From Candidatus Latescibacterota bacterium (GTDB taxonomy: Bacteria; Latescibacterota; UBA2968; UBA8231): DNA of 64,000 nucleotides. The first letter of the stretch is position 1; every line of letters begins with the position of its first letter. Shown here piece by piece: positions 46,975 through 57,883 of this stretch. Under the pieces are notes generated by a model. The model was not told the DNA's origin and did no database searches. It saw nothing but the letters and a program-made list of their open reading frames with translations. The position numbers and the translations under genes were made by a program. The stretch lies in NCBI GenBank assembly GCA_965203175.1, contig OZ241867.1, positions 2,528,001-2,592,000 of the forward strand, given 5' to 3'.

Positions 46975-47307
46975 TTAACCCTTGAGCCGGTTGATCGTCC
47001 TTCTGACGAGGATGGCTATAACGGCGGCGTATAGAGCGATGCTGACCTGATCGACGATGGCGTCTAAGCGATCACCAAGCGTGTCGAGAAGTTCCTGGTC
47101 CAGCACGTTCGCACTTGCGGCAGCGCCAACCGCAATGGTGACTGCCAAGTAGGCTGTTGCGTCCTCGGCGTCGATCGCTATCGCCCCATATATCAGACCC
47201 AGAACGACTAGCGCGAGCGTCAGAATGCCTCCTCCGATCGGGGCACCTGCCGCACCCTGAATGATGGCCACAAGAGCCATCAGGCCAATGATAATCCTGA
47301 CTGCCAT
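46975..47307 (-). CDS. Small hydrophobic membrane protein (110 aa)
   Basis: Strong RBS GGAGGGAG before ATG 47307; 3-4 hydrophobic segments. Confidence 0.7.
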   Translation of the reverse strand: MAVRIIIGLMALVAIIQGAAGAPIGGGILTLALVVLGLIYGAIAIDAEDATAYLAVTIAVGAAASANVLDQELLDTLGDRLDAIVDQVSIALYAAVIAILVRRTINRLKG

Positions 47308-47637
47308 TTCTCCCTCCTGGAGTAAGTTGATAACGACTAGCGTACTCAACCTCCCGTGACGGTCACCGAAGGTATAACGCAGTCGCAGAAACCACACCGC
47401 CAATGGAGAAAAAAACTGTCTCGGAAAAAATCGATTATGTGCCTATATGTCGTTCCGCCGGGATCGAATCTGTAGCTTGGTGCAGCTTGGTTAAATTTGG
47501 TACAGGAATAGCCGAACCATTCGGCGCTACACCAATAGTTGTGCTAGACAATATAGAGAGATACGATATTATGGGGCGCGCATCAAGAAAATAATGATGC
47601 GCCATAGTGCGGAAAGGACGTTTATAGGGACGCTGAG

Positions 47638-48690
47638 CTAGGCAATGATGCCGCCGCCGAGGCAAATTTCACCGTCGTAGAACACGGCGTGCTGGCCTGG
47701 AGCAATGCCGGGATCGGGCGTAGATAAGGCGACGTGGGCGCGATCCGGCGCGAGCATCTGTACCTGACAGGGAATCAGGGCTGGCCCATGCCGCAGCTTG
47801 ACTTGGAGCACGGTCTGCTCCGGTGCTCCAGCAATCCAATGGATTTGTTCGGCGATCAGTTCGCGGCGTCCGGCCCGCGTCAGCGCGCTGCCGTGGGCGA
47901 TGTACACGATGTTGTTGGCAACGTCTTTGTCTGTCACATACCAAGGTCCGCCGCCGAGTTGCAGGCCGTGCCGTTGGCCAATGGTGTAGAACCAATAGCC
48001 GGGGTGCTCGCCCTTCTTTTGTCCGCTCGTCTGCTCGACGATGTCGCCTTGGGCTTCTCCCAAGTGGAAGCGGACGAAGTCCCGGTAGTTGATCTTGCCC
48101 AAGAAGCACATGCCTTGGCTGTCGGGGCGATTCTTGGCCGGCAGGTCGAATTCCGCGGCGAGTGCGCGCACTTGATGCTTGTGCAGGTGGCCGATGGGCA
48201 GGCAGAGCCGAGCGAGTTGCGCTTGGCTCAGATTGGAGAGGAAATAGGTCTGGTCCTTGACCGGATCGGCGGCGCGCCGGAGCCGATAGCCGCCCGCGGT
48301 CTCCTCGACGCGGGCGTAGTGTCCGGAGGCAATTTGCTCGCACTCGTTGGCCACCCGCTGATAAAAGGCTCCGAACTTGACGCGCTGGTTGCAACAGATG
48401 TCTGGGCTGGGCGTGCGCCCCAAGCGCAGCTCGGCCAATGCGTACTCGACGATGTGGTCGCGGTACTCGCTTTGCAGCGGTACGACTTCGAGTGGCACCC
48501 CGAGCTGTTCGCAGGTGGCGCGGGCGTAGGTCAAGTCCGTTTCCCACGGGCAGTCGCCGAGCGAAAACAGCTCGTCCTCCAGCCAGATCTTGAGGTAGTA
48601 GGCTTTGAGGACGAGCCGCTTTTCGCGTTGGAGTAGCGCGAGGGCCAACGAGCTATCGACCCCACCGGAAAGCAGGACGGCGACGTTCAT
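47638..48690 (-). CDS. mnmA: tRNA 2-thiouridylase MnmA
   Basis: SGGVDS, GRTPSPDICCN..VKF, GHYA, KDQTYFL, DSQG.CF, YTIGQR.GL and PGQ.AVFY. Confidence 0.96.
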   Translation of the reverse strand: MNVAVLLSGGVDSSLALALLQREKRLVLKAYYLKIWLEDELFSLGDCPWETDLTYARATCEQLGVPLEVVPLQSEYRDHIVEYALAELRLGRTPSPDICCNQRVKFGAFYQRVANECEQIASGHYARVEETAGGYRLRRAADPVKDQTYFLSNLSQAQLARLCLPIGHLHKHQVRALAAEFDLPAKNRPDSQGMCFLGKINYRDFVRFHLGEAQGDIVEQTSGQKKGEHPGYWFYTIGQRHGLQLGGGPWYVTDKDVANNIVYIAHGSALTRAGRRELIAEQIHWIAGAPEQTVLQVKLRHGPALIPCQVQMLAPDRAHVALSTPDPGIAPGQHAVFYDGEICLGGGIIA

Positions 48691-48696
48691 GGGATG

Positions 48697-50019
<1,323 letters not shown>

Positions 50020-50066
50020 TGAGTTCTCCTTATGAATGATGAGTAGTTTGTTGTGTGGCAAATTCC

Positions 50067-51644
50067 TCATGCCGGTCCGGCTTGCTTTACGGCCGTTGAA
50101 GCTCCGTCCACAAAGGCGGCGAAGTTCGCCTTGAACAGCTCGGCGAGTTGGCCAGCGCGCTCGTCGTAGGCCGCTCCATCGGTCCAAGTTCGTCGTGGTA
50201 CCATCTGCGCAGTGGGCACGTCTGGACACGCGCACACTACGTCAAAGCCGAAGCGCGGATCCTGCTCTGTGGGCGCGTTGGCCAGGGCTCCGGCGTGAAT
50301 CGCACTGATAATCGCCCGAGTGTGCTGAAGCGAGAGGCGCGTGCCTATCCCGTACGGCCCTCCCGTCCAGCCCGTGTTGACCAGCCAGACTTGCGCGTTG
50401 TGGGCGCGGATCTTGTCGGCTAGCAGAGCGGCGTACTTGTGCGGATGCCAGACTATGAAGGCCGCGCCAAAGCAAGCCGAAAACGTGGCTTCTGGCTCGG
50501 TGACGCCCATCTCGGTACCGGCGACTTTGGCCGTGTACCCGCTCATAAAGTGATACATAGCTTGGTCGGGCGTCAGGCGGCTGACTGGCGGCAGCACGCC
50601 GAAGGCATCGCAGGTGAGGAAGATGATGTCGCGTGGATGGCGACCGGTGCAGGGGATCATCGCGTTGGGGATGTAGTCAATGGGATAGGCCGCACGGGTG
50701 TTTTCGGTGATCGCGTCGGCAGCGTAATCGACTCGGCGGCTCTCCTCGTCGCAGACGACGTTTTCCAAGACCGTGCCAAAGCGAATGGCGCGAAAGATCT
50801 CCGGCTCTTGCTCTGGGGTTAAGTCGATGCATTTGGCATAGCAGCCGCCCTCGATGTTGAAGATTCCCTCCGCGCTCCAGACGTGCTCGTCGTCGCCGAT
50901 CAACTGCCGCTGTGGATCGGTTGAAAGCGTGGTCTTGCCCGTGCCCGACAAGCCAAAGAACAACGCAGTGTCGCCGCTGGTTCCCGCATTGGCCGAACAG
51001 TGCATGGGCAGCAGGCCGGCTTTGGGCATGAGGAAGTTCATGACCGTGAATACGCCTTTTTTCATTTCGCCCGCGTACTCGGTTCCCAAAATCACCATTT
51101 CTCTGCGCTCGAAGCTCAGGTCGATGCTGGTTGTGGAGGTCATCTCCGAAGTGTAGCGGTTGGCCGGAAAGCGGCCAGCGTTGTAGATGGTAAAATCCGG
51201 CGGATCAAATTGGGCCAGTTCGGCTTCGGACGGGCGGATGAGCATGTTGTGCATGAAGAGCGCGTGGTATGCGCGAGAGCAAATCACGCGAATTTTGATC
51301 CGATATTGGGGATCCCAGCCGGCGAATCCATCGACCACGTACAACTGCTCGCAGGTGTTGAGATAGTCGATGGCGCGCTCTAGGTTGATCATAAAGGTGT
51401 GCTCTTGGAGCTTGATGTTGACCGCACCCCACCAGATGTCGGCGCTACTTTGCGGGTCGAAGACGATGCGCTTGTCAGTGGGACTGCGCCCGGTTTTGTT
51501 GCCCGAGGAAACCACGAGCGCGCCTTGATCGGAAATGATGGATCCGCGCTCGTGGCGCAGCGCTTCTTCGTAAAGCTTGGCTGGCGCCACGTTGCGGAGA
51601 ATCGCGCCGACCGAGATATCGTCGAGCTGGATGATTTCGCTCAT
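50067..51644 (-). CDS. pckA: Phosphoenolpyruvate carboxykinase (ATP)
   Basis: [37 protein letters not shown] and NTGW.GG. Confidence 0.97.
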   Translation of the reverse strand: MSEIIQLDDISVGAILRNVAPAKLYEEALRHERGSIISDQGALVVSSGNKTGRSPTDKRIVFDPQSSADIWWGAVNIKLQEHTFMINLERAIDYLNTCEQLYVVDGFAGWDPQYRIKIRVICSRAYHALFMHNMLIRPSEAELAQFDPPDFTIYNAGRFPANRYTSEMTSTTSIDLSFERREMVILGTEYAGEMKKGVFTVMNFLMPKAGLLPMHCSANAGTSGDTALFFGLSGTGKTTLSTDPQRQLIGDDEHVWSAEGIFNIEGGCYAKCIDLTPEQEPEIFRAIRFGTVLENVVCDEESRRVDYAADAITENTRAAYPIDYIPNAMIPCTGRHPRDIIFLTCDAFGVLPPVSRLTPDQAMYHFMSGYTAKVAGTEMGVTEPEATFSACFGAAFIVWHPHKYAALLADKIRAHNAQVWLVNTGWTGGPYGIGTRLSLQHTRAIISAIHAGALANAPTEQDPRFGFDVVCACPDVPTAQMVPRRTWTDGAAYDERAGQLAELFKANFAAFVDGASTAVKQAGPA

Positions 51645-51852
51645 AGTTTTTTGTTGAGTTGTATAAAAGTCATCTTATACGCTTTAAATGCGGCCTTCAC
51701 CGGTGCCGGTGGAAGTATTTAGGTATTAGTCAATTAAGATACTTACCTGCGAATGAGCAAGCGCGTCCCACCAAGTTGACGATACAGTCTCAACACCCTA
51801 CCTTGCCCCCACCTTGAGGAAATTCTGCCTGTCATGTTATATCCAATCTATC

Positions 51853-52419
51853 ATGCAATCCCTCGTCTCCCCCTCCGTCCTGTACCGGGATAGCTTCATA
51901 GAGGGCGCAGCCGAGTTCTTGGCCGAAGGCCGTTTCGACTCGACGTACGCCCGATCCCTCGGCTACGACAGCGACTCCCTCGCCGATCAGTTTCCGCAAT
52001 TCGTGCGCGACCTCAAGGCTCTTGCCGATGAGACAGGTTTACGAGTGCGGTACCCAGATCGGGTGCTCTGGCTCGTACACGACGGCGAGTACATCGGCCA
52101 AACCTCTATAAGACCCGAACTCAGCACTCCGTATTTGCTCACCTACGGAGGGCACATTGGCTACAGCATTCGACCTTCTCGGCGGTGTCGCGGTTACGGC
52201 AAGGCCATTCTCGCCCTGACGCTAGAGGTATCACGGGAAATCGGGCTGCGCCGCGTGCTGGTCACCTGCGACTCGGACAACATTGGCTCGCGCAAGATCA
52301 TCGAGCACAACGGCGGCCAATTCGAGAGCGCGATGACCATGCCCAGTCAGGTGTTTCGCGCCGAGGATCGCAAACCCGCGCAGCGCATTGAGAAGTTGCG
52401 CTACTGGATTGACCTATGA
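51853..52419 (+). CDS. GNAT family N-acetyltransferase
   Basis: GGHIGYSIRPS.R..GYG and VLVTCD.DN..S.KIIE.NGG. Confidence 0.9.
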   Translation: MQSLVSPSVLYRDSFIEGAAEFLAEGRFDSTYARSLGYDSDSLADQFPQFVRDLKALADETGLRVRYPDRVLWLVHDGEYIGQTSIRPELSTPYLLTYGGHIGYSIRPSRRCRGYGKAILALTLEVSREIGLRRVLVTCDSDNIGSRKIIEHNGGQFESAMTMPSQVFRAEDRKPAQRIEKLRYWIDL

Positions 52420-53366
52420 TTGCCCTAGCTATCGCCTTATTGCTATCCACCGCTGGCTTGACTCTAGCGGATCAAGGGGACGCAGCGCTGCGTCGCACAC
52501 TCTACGCCACCCTGCAAGAGCAACTCGCGCAACAGGCCAGCTATTCGCAAGACCTCTTAAGTAGAATCGCGCAAGGAAGTGGCGTCCCCGTAGAAGAGTT
52601 GCGCCCCCGGCTCCAGGTACTGCTCGACTCACTGATGGCCCAGCGCAAAGCCGAGACAGACGCTTGGGAAATGCTGCTTTTGCAGGGCGGGCCAGACATT
52701 GCGCCCGAGCGCGCCGACAAGCTAATCGCCTATTTGGCCAAGGAGAGCCGCAGTGTGCTCGCCAACGAAAAAAACGTCCTGCTCGAAAAGAGGATCAAAA
52801 AGGTGGCGCGCAAGGCCAAGGTGCCGTTTTTCCAGAGCCGCGATTATATTCTCAGAACCCTCGCATGGGCGGTCGCCAGCAGCGCACCTCAAGAGCGGGA
52901 AAAGCAGCCCCTACACTTCTTGGTCGTCGGCCATACCAACCCCTTTGAGGTGGCGCTTGATCCCCTTTTCCTGTTTTTCGGCACCGAGGACGAAGCCTTC
53001 GTGCGCGAACAGGTTCGCGAAGTCCAGCGATTTCTCGTGCCGGCATTGGTCCAGCGGCTACCCGAATTGGAGGCTATTGGTTGGGCTGTACGCGAACGCG
53101 AGTCTAACGCCCTCGTGATTCCCGACTATCGACTGAGGGTCGGAATCGACGAGCTTCGCTTCGTTGGCTCAAACCTAGATCTCAAGCCCTGTATTGAAAC
53201 TACTCTCGAAGTGACGCAGTGGAAATCTCAAGTCCGCTTGATGGAGGAACCGTTCTCCTTTTGTAGCGAACAGCACGGCTCGGCTACCTCCCGCGAATTG
53301 GCACCCTTCTGGGACGAGGCTGCCGACGCGATTGGGGTACACATAGTGGAGCGGCTGGGGCGCTAG
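52416..53366 (+). CDS. Secreted hypothetical protein
   Basis: Signal-like N-terminus; ATGA overlap with the GNAT gene; no recognisable family. Confidence 0.65.
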   Translation: MIALAIALLLSTAGLTLADQGDAALRRTLYATLQEQLAQQASYSQDLLSRIAQGSGVPVEELRPRLQVLLDSLMAQRKAETDAWEMLLLQGGPDIAPERADKLIAYLAKESRSVLANEKNVLLEKRIKKVARKAKVPFFQSRDYILRTLAWAVASSAPQEREKQPLHFLVVGHTNPFEVALDPLFLFFGTEDEAFVREQVREVQRFLVPALVQRLPELEAIGWAVRERESNALVIPDYRLRVGIDELRFVGSNLDLKPCIETTLEVTQWKSQVRLMEEPFSFCSEQHGSATSRELAPFWDEAADAIGVHIVERLGR

Positions 53367-53451
53367 CGGTCTTAATTTTTCCACTACTTTTTTTCACTAA
53401 CATTTTCCCTCGCGTAAAACTTTTTGTGCTCGTCTCTCGTCTTAGAGGGGT

Positions 53452-54009
53452 ATGAGCGACGCCGATCTCATCCTGCGCTTCAGGGCTGGCCAGCACCAAG
53501 CGTTCAATGCCTTGGTCTGGCGCTGGCAGGGCCGCCTTTACCGCTTTGCGCTTCGCTACAGCGGCGATTCTGAAGAAGCGCGAGACCTCTGCCAGCAGAG
53601 CTTTATCCGCGCCTATGGCCAGTTGCACCGGCTGCGCGACCCCGAGCGCTTTTCTACGTGGCTCTACCAAATCGCCGCCAATCTGTGCCGCGACCACCTG
53701 CGCCAGCGAGTGCAGCACGTTTCGCTCGATGCGTACGAGGAAGCAAGTGCCCAGCCGCATCCGGCACTGTGCCGAGCCGCCGATATGGACAAGGTCGAGC
53801 TACGCGATCTGCTCAATCGCGCCTTGCAGACTCTGCCCGAAGAACAGCGCGTCGTCGTGGTGCTCAAGGAATACGAGGGGCTGAAGTTTCGGGAAATCGC
53901 CGAAGTGCTCAACGCCCCGATCAACACGGTCAAATCGCGCCTCTACTACGGCCTCAAGGCACTGCGAAAAACCTTTAACCAGTGGGACATTGACAGAGAT
54001 GGACTGTAA
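53452..54009 (+). CDS. ECF RNA polymerase sigma factor
   Basis: AF..LV, DL.QQ.F, FSTWLYQIA.N and LPEEQR...EGL.FREIA.VL....NTVKSRL. Confidence 0.95.
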   Translation: MSDADLILRFRAGQHQAFNALVWRWQGRLYRFALRYSGDSEEARDLCQQSFIRAYGQLHRLRDPERFSTWLYQIAANLCRDHLRQRVQHVSLDAYEEASAQPHPALCRAADMDKVELRDLLNRALQTLPEEQRVVVVLKEYEGLKFREIAEVLNAPINTVKSRLYYGLKALRKTFNQWDIDRDGL

Positions 54010-54607
54010 CGTAAAAAAAGAAGACCTACTCACCTTTTTTTACGGAGAATGCGAAAAAGGTGAACAGGAGCGCATTAAAGAACACGTGGCCGCCTGTGCG
54101 ACGTGTCGCCGCGAACTCGACGCGCTCGCTAGTACGCAAGCATTGCTTCGGGCTTGGCCGGATGAGACCCCGCGCCTCGACTTGACGTTTGTCGAGGCCG
54201 AGGTGCCGCGTCGGCGCTTCCCGCTGATGGCAGGTTTGGCTGCTGCTGCGGTGGCCGCTGTGGTCCTCTTTTTGGCGTGGCCAGAGTTTGAACTCAGCTA
54301 CCGCGCCGGCGAACTCGACCTCAAGTGGGGGGAGGCACTGGTGGACGAACCACCCACTCGGGAGGAAGTACTGGCCACACAGGAGGGTACTCTCGCGTTA
54401 GTAAACCAACTTCTGCGAGCTTCTGAGGTGCGCCAGCAGCGCGTCTTCGACCATTTGCTGACCGAGATCCAAGCCCAGCGCTACCAAGACTTGCAGTTCA
54501 TCAACCGCCAGTTCGAACAGTTCGACCGCGAGATCTACATCCACTTGCGCCGCAACGAAGCACCCGTGCTGGAAGTGCTGCCAGCAACGCGCTATACCAA
54601 CCCATAG
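53999..54607 (+). CDS. Zinc-finger (ZAS) transmembrane anti-sigma factor
   Basis: HVAACATC (HxxxCxxC), a single TM segment and a helical C-terminus; overlaps the sigma gene. Confidence 0.88.
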   Translation: MDCNVKKEDLLTFFYGECEKGEQERIKEHVAACATCRRELDALASTQALLRAWPDETPRLDLTFVEAEVPRRRFPLMAGLAAAAVAAVVLFLAWPEFELSYRAGELDLKWGEALVDEPPTREEVLATQEGTLALVNQLLRASEVRQQRVFDHLLTEIQAQRYQDLQFINRQFEQFDREIYIHLRRNEAPVLEVLPATRYTNP

Positions 54608-54616
54608 GAGATTGCC

Positions 54617-55795
54617 ATGACCACGCTCTACCGCGCCATCTTAGTCGCTGGCTTCATGGCCACTGCCAGCCTCGCCGATATGGACCCCCAGCGCCTGCAG
54701 CGCGACATCCGCATCATGGAGGGAGTGCTCTCCAACGAGAACCTGTATTACGACGTGCCTGATGGTGCTAGCTTCCGCGCCCGCGGCCTGTACCTCGATG
54801 GCTATGGGGTGCTCTTTGTGGCGGCCGGCCCAGCATCCGGGACGGAAAGATGGGACAAAAAGTTATCGCAAGCAGAATTACTGGCTGCAACCCGCGACCT
54901 GCTCGCCGAATTTCTGGGCGACTATGCCGGGACCATCGGCCAACTCGACCAAGACGACCGGATAACGGTCTGCTATCAGCCTAGGTGGCCCCCACGTCCC
55001 GCCGTTGCAGATACCGTGTCTTTCGACCTTTTCAAGCAAGTCGAAGCGATACCTGAACTTAGGGGGAGCCGCTTCGATTTTAAAGAATTAGTCGTGGCTG
55101 TGGCTGTTCCTGACTCTTTAAATGCGAAGTTCCATTTCTCAATTGACGACGAGCAAATCGCAACGATAGCTAAAGCGCGGGAGTACCTACAGGAGGCCCT
55201 AGAGACGCTGGTAGCGGGGGGCCATATCGACAAGTCGCTAGCGGAGGCAGTCGGAGAAGCAGATTCTCCAGTCAAAGTTCATGTCCGCTTCTATAACGTA
55301 CACTCCGCAGCAATCGCGGCCGCCGTCAAAAAATCTGCTATCGACGCCTTTCGCGAGGGGCGGATCGACTCGGCTAGCTTCCGCCAGCGCATCGCCTTTG
55401 CCGAGTACGGGGACTTGAGGAAAATCGACATCATGGCTGGCATCCTCGACCAAGTCTTTAGGGACGGCTCGTATCCTCCCTGGTCACGCATCCAACGCAC
55501 TTTGGGGATGTATCAGCCGGACGTAGGTGCCCTATTTTTTATTAGTGACCCAATGCGCGTTGCCAACCCTTTGCCCCGCGCCACCGTCAAAGCCAGAACC
55601 GTCGAGGCCGTCGCCGACTACAGCGCGACTCTTCGCCAAGTCCAGTCCGATGAGCACGTCATCGTCGAATATCGCTCTCCGTTTTCCGCTCGCAGCGCAC
55701 TGCTCAAAGTGCCCAAATCCGCCATTGATGCCTACGCCCGCGGCGACTTGGACCTCGACGGCTTCCGCAAAAAGGCGGTGTGGGAAACGCAGTAG
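54617..55795 (+). CDS. Secreted hypothetical protein with an internal two-fold domain repeat
   Basis: Signal peptide; halves align as RDIRIMEGVL/RKIDIMAGIL, GLYLDGYGVLF/GMYQPDVGALF, DYAGTIGQL/DYSATLRQV and KSAIDAFREGRID/KSAIDAYARGDLD. Confidence 0.75.
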   Translation: MTTLYRAILVAGFMATASLADMDPQRLQRDIRIMEGVLSNENLYYDVPDGASFRARGLYLDGYGVLFVAAGPASGTERWDKKLSQAELLAATRDLLAEFLGDYAGTIGQLDQDDRITVCYQPRWPPRPAVADTVSFDLFKQVEAIPELRGSRFDFKELVVAVAVPDSLNAKFHFSIDDEQIATIAKAREYLQEALETLVAGGHIDKSLAEAVGEADSPVKVHVRFYNVHSAAIAAAVKKSAIDAFREGRIDSASFRQRIAFAEYGDLRKIDIMAGILDQVFRDGSYPPWSRIQRTLGMYQPDVGALFFISDPMRVANPLPRATVKARTVEAVADYSATLRQVQSDEHVIVEYRSPFSARSALLKVPKSAIDAYARGDLDLDGFRKKAVWETQ

Positions 55796-55861
55796 AGAGC
55801 TTGGGTCGCGGGCGATTCTTCCGCAATGGGGGAACTGTAGCGACAGATCCTATGGATGTCT

Positions 55862-55890
55862 TTGGCAAGGCGGCGGACAATCGCTATATT
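55862..55890 (+). promoter_or_regulatory. Candidate sigma70 promoter giving a leaderless transcript
   Basis: TTGGCA-17 nt-TATATT-7 nt-ATG; no Shine-Dalgarno. Confidence 0.55.
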
Positions 55891-55897
55891 CGCCGCC

Positions 55898-56896
55898 ATG
55901 CCTACCTCAACCGAAGCAGTTCTGCCCGACAAGGATACTTGTCGGGCGCTCTATCGCCAGATGCTGGTCATCCGCCGCTGCGAAGAGCAGCTTGCCCGGT
56001 CCTACCAAGCTGGTCTGATCCCCGGCGCCTGCCACACGTACGTCGGCGAGGAAGCTATCGCCACTGGCGTTTGCGCCCACCTCAACGACGATGACGCGGT
56101 TTTTAGCACGCATCGCGGCCACGGCCACGCCCTCGCCAAAGGCGTACCGCCCAAGGAGCTGCTCGCCGAGCTTTTCGGCAAAGCTACGGGCTGCTCGCAG
56201 GGGCGCGGTGGCTCCATGCACCTTTTCTCGCCGCAAGTGGGGATGATGGGCACCAGCGGCATCGTCGGTCCCTGCATCCTCCAAGCCGCTGGCGCTGGCT
56301 ACTCCTTCAAACTCTTGGGCGTCCCCAAGGTCGGCGTGGCGTTCTTTGGCGATGGGGCGGTAGCCAACGGAGCTTTCCACGAGGGCATCAATCTGGCGAC
56401 CAACTGGCAGTTGCCGGTGCTCTTCGTCTGCGAAAACAACCTCTATGCCACGGAAGTGGCCTTTGTCGATACTACTCGCAATCCGCAGGTGGCCAACCGC
56501 GCCGCAGCCTACGGACTGCCCGGCATTGCCGTCGATGGCAACGACGTAGCGGAGGTGTACGCGGTAGCTGGCGAAGCGATAACGCGTGCGCGCCAAGGCG
56601 ATGGCCCGACCCTCATTGAGTGCAAGACCTACCGCACCCGGCCCCACGCCGAGGGAATGCGCGACGGGGGCTATCGCTCCACTGAAGAAATCGACGAGTG
56701 GAAGAAGCGCGATCCCATTCCGGCTTTCGCCCACCGGCTGCTAGAGGCAGGCCACGCCCGCCAAGAAGAACTCGACGCGGTCGCGGCGGACGTTACCGCG
56801 CTGGTTGCTGAGGCTTTGCAATTTGCCCACGACAGTCCATGGCCCGACCCGGCCACCGTGGCCGACCACGTCTTCAGCCAAAGGGGCGGCATGTAA
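55898..56896 (+). CDS. TPP-dependent dehydrogenase E1 alpha subunit (AcoA/PdhA-like)
   Basis: STHRGHGH, GRGGSMH and GDGA...ENN TPP motif. Confidence 0.93.
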   Translation: MPTSTEAVLPDKDTCRALYRQMLVIRRCEEQLARSYQAGLIPGACHTYVGEEAIATGVCAHLNDDDAVFSTHRGHGHALAKGVPPKELLAELFGKATGCSQGRGGSMHLFSPQVGMMGTSGIVGPCILQAAGAGYSFKLLGVPKVGVAFFGDGAVANGAFHEGINLATNWQLPVLFVCENNLYATEVAFVDTTRNPQVANRAAAYGLPGIAVDGNDVAEVYAVAGEAITRARQGDGPTLIECKTYRTRPHAEGMRDGGYRSTEEIDEWKKRDPIPAFAHRLLEAGHARQEELDAVAADVTALVAEALQFAHDSPWPDPATVADHVFSQRGGM

Positions 56897-57873
56897 TGCC
56901 CGAACTCACGTATGTAGAAGCGGCGCGCCAAGCCCTAGCCGAGGAGATGGCGCGCGACGAGACCATTTTCGTCGTCGGCGAAGGCGTTGGTCCGCGCGGT
57001 GGCAACTTCAACACTACTACGGGTCTTTTCGACCTGTACGGGCCGGAGCGCCTGCGCGACACCCCGATATGCGAGCGCGGCTTTGTCGGTTTGTGCGCTG
57101 GCGCGGCCATGACCGGGACGCGGCCGGTTGTGGATTTCATGTTCTTGGACTTCATCCTCGATTCATTTGGCGAACTGGTCAACCAGATTGCCAAGATGCA
57201 GTACATGAGCAGCGGCCGCCTAAAAATGCCCATCGTCCTGCGCGGCTGCATTGGCGTCGGTGGCGCGGCCGCCACCCATCATTCGGGCAATTACTATCCG
57301 ATCTTTACGCATCTGCCCGGTTTCAAGGTCGCAGTGCCGTCCAATCCGCACGACGCCAAGGGCCTGTTCAAGACGGCCCTGCGCGGCGATGATCCGGTGC
57401 TTTTCCTCGAACACAAGTCCTTGCTCAACACCCGAGGCGAAGTGCCAGAAGAGGAGTACTCCATTCCCTTTGGCCAAGCGGCCGTGTGTCGTCGCGGTGA
57501 GCATCTGACCGTCGTGGCTTTGACGACCATGGTGCCCGAGACGCTGCAAGTCGCCGAGGCCCTATCTGGCGAGGGCATCTCGGTCGAAGTGATTGACCCC
57601 CGCACTACGTCCCCCCTCGACATCGATACGGTGCTCGAATCCGTCCACCGGACGGGCCGCCTGCTGATCGCCGATGAGACCTTTGCCCCCTGCGGCATGG
57701 GCGCGGAAATCGCCGCCGCAGTGGTTGACCAAGCCTTCGACGACCTCGACGCGCCGGTGCGCCGCCTCAATGGCGCGCACGTACCCACGCCGTACAGCGC
57801 GCCCCTAGAGGCGGCGATTGCGCCCAATAGGGAAGACATAGAACGGGCCATTCGCGACCTGATGGCTGAGTAG
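56896..57873 (+). CDS. TPP-dependent dehydrogenase E1 beta subunit (AcoB/PdhB-like)
   Basis: DTPICE, DPVLFLEHK and EVIDPRT..PLD; TAATG overlap with E1 alpha. Confidence 0.93.
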   Translation: MPELTYVEAARQALAEEMARDETIFVVGEGVGPRGGNFNTTTGLFDLYGPERLRDTPICERGFVGLCAGAAMTGTRPVVDFMFLDFILDSFGELVNQIAKMQYMSSGRLKMPIVLRGCIGVGGAAATHHSGNYYPIFTHLPGFKVAVPSNPHDAKGLFKTALRGDDPVLFLEHKSLLNTRGEVPEEEYSIPFGQAAVCRRGEHLTVVALTTMVPETLQVAEALSGEGISVEVIDPRTTSPLDIDTVLESVHRTGRLLIADETFAPCGMGAEIAAAVVDQAFDDLDAPVRRLNGAHVPTPYSAPLEAAIAPNREDIERAIRDLMAE

Positions 57874-57883
57874 GAGCAAGCGC

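Noticed and set aside
50020-50066. SAH riboswitch upstream of ahcY
   Set aside because: The spacer after pckA is only 47 nt and shows no recognisable aptamer.
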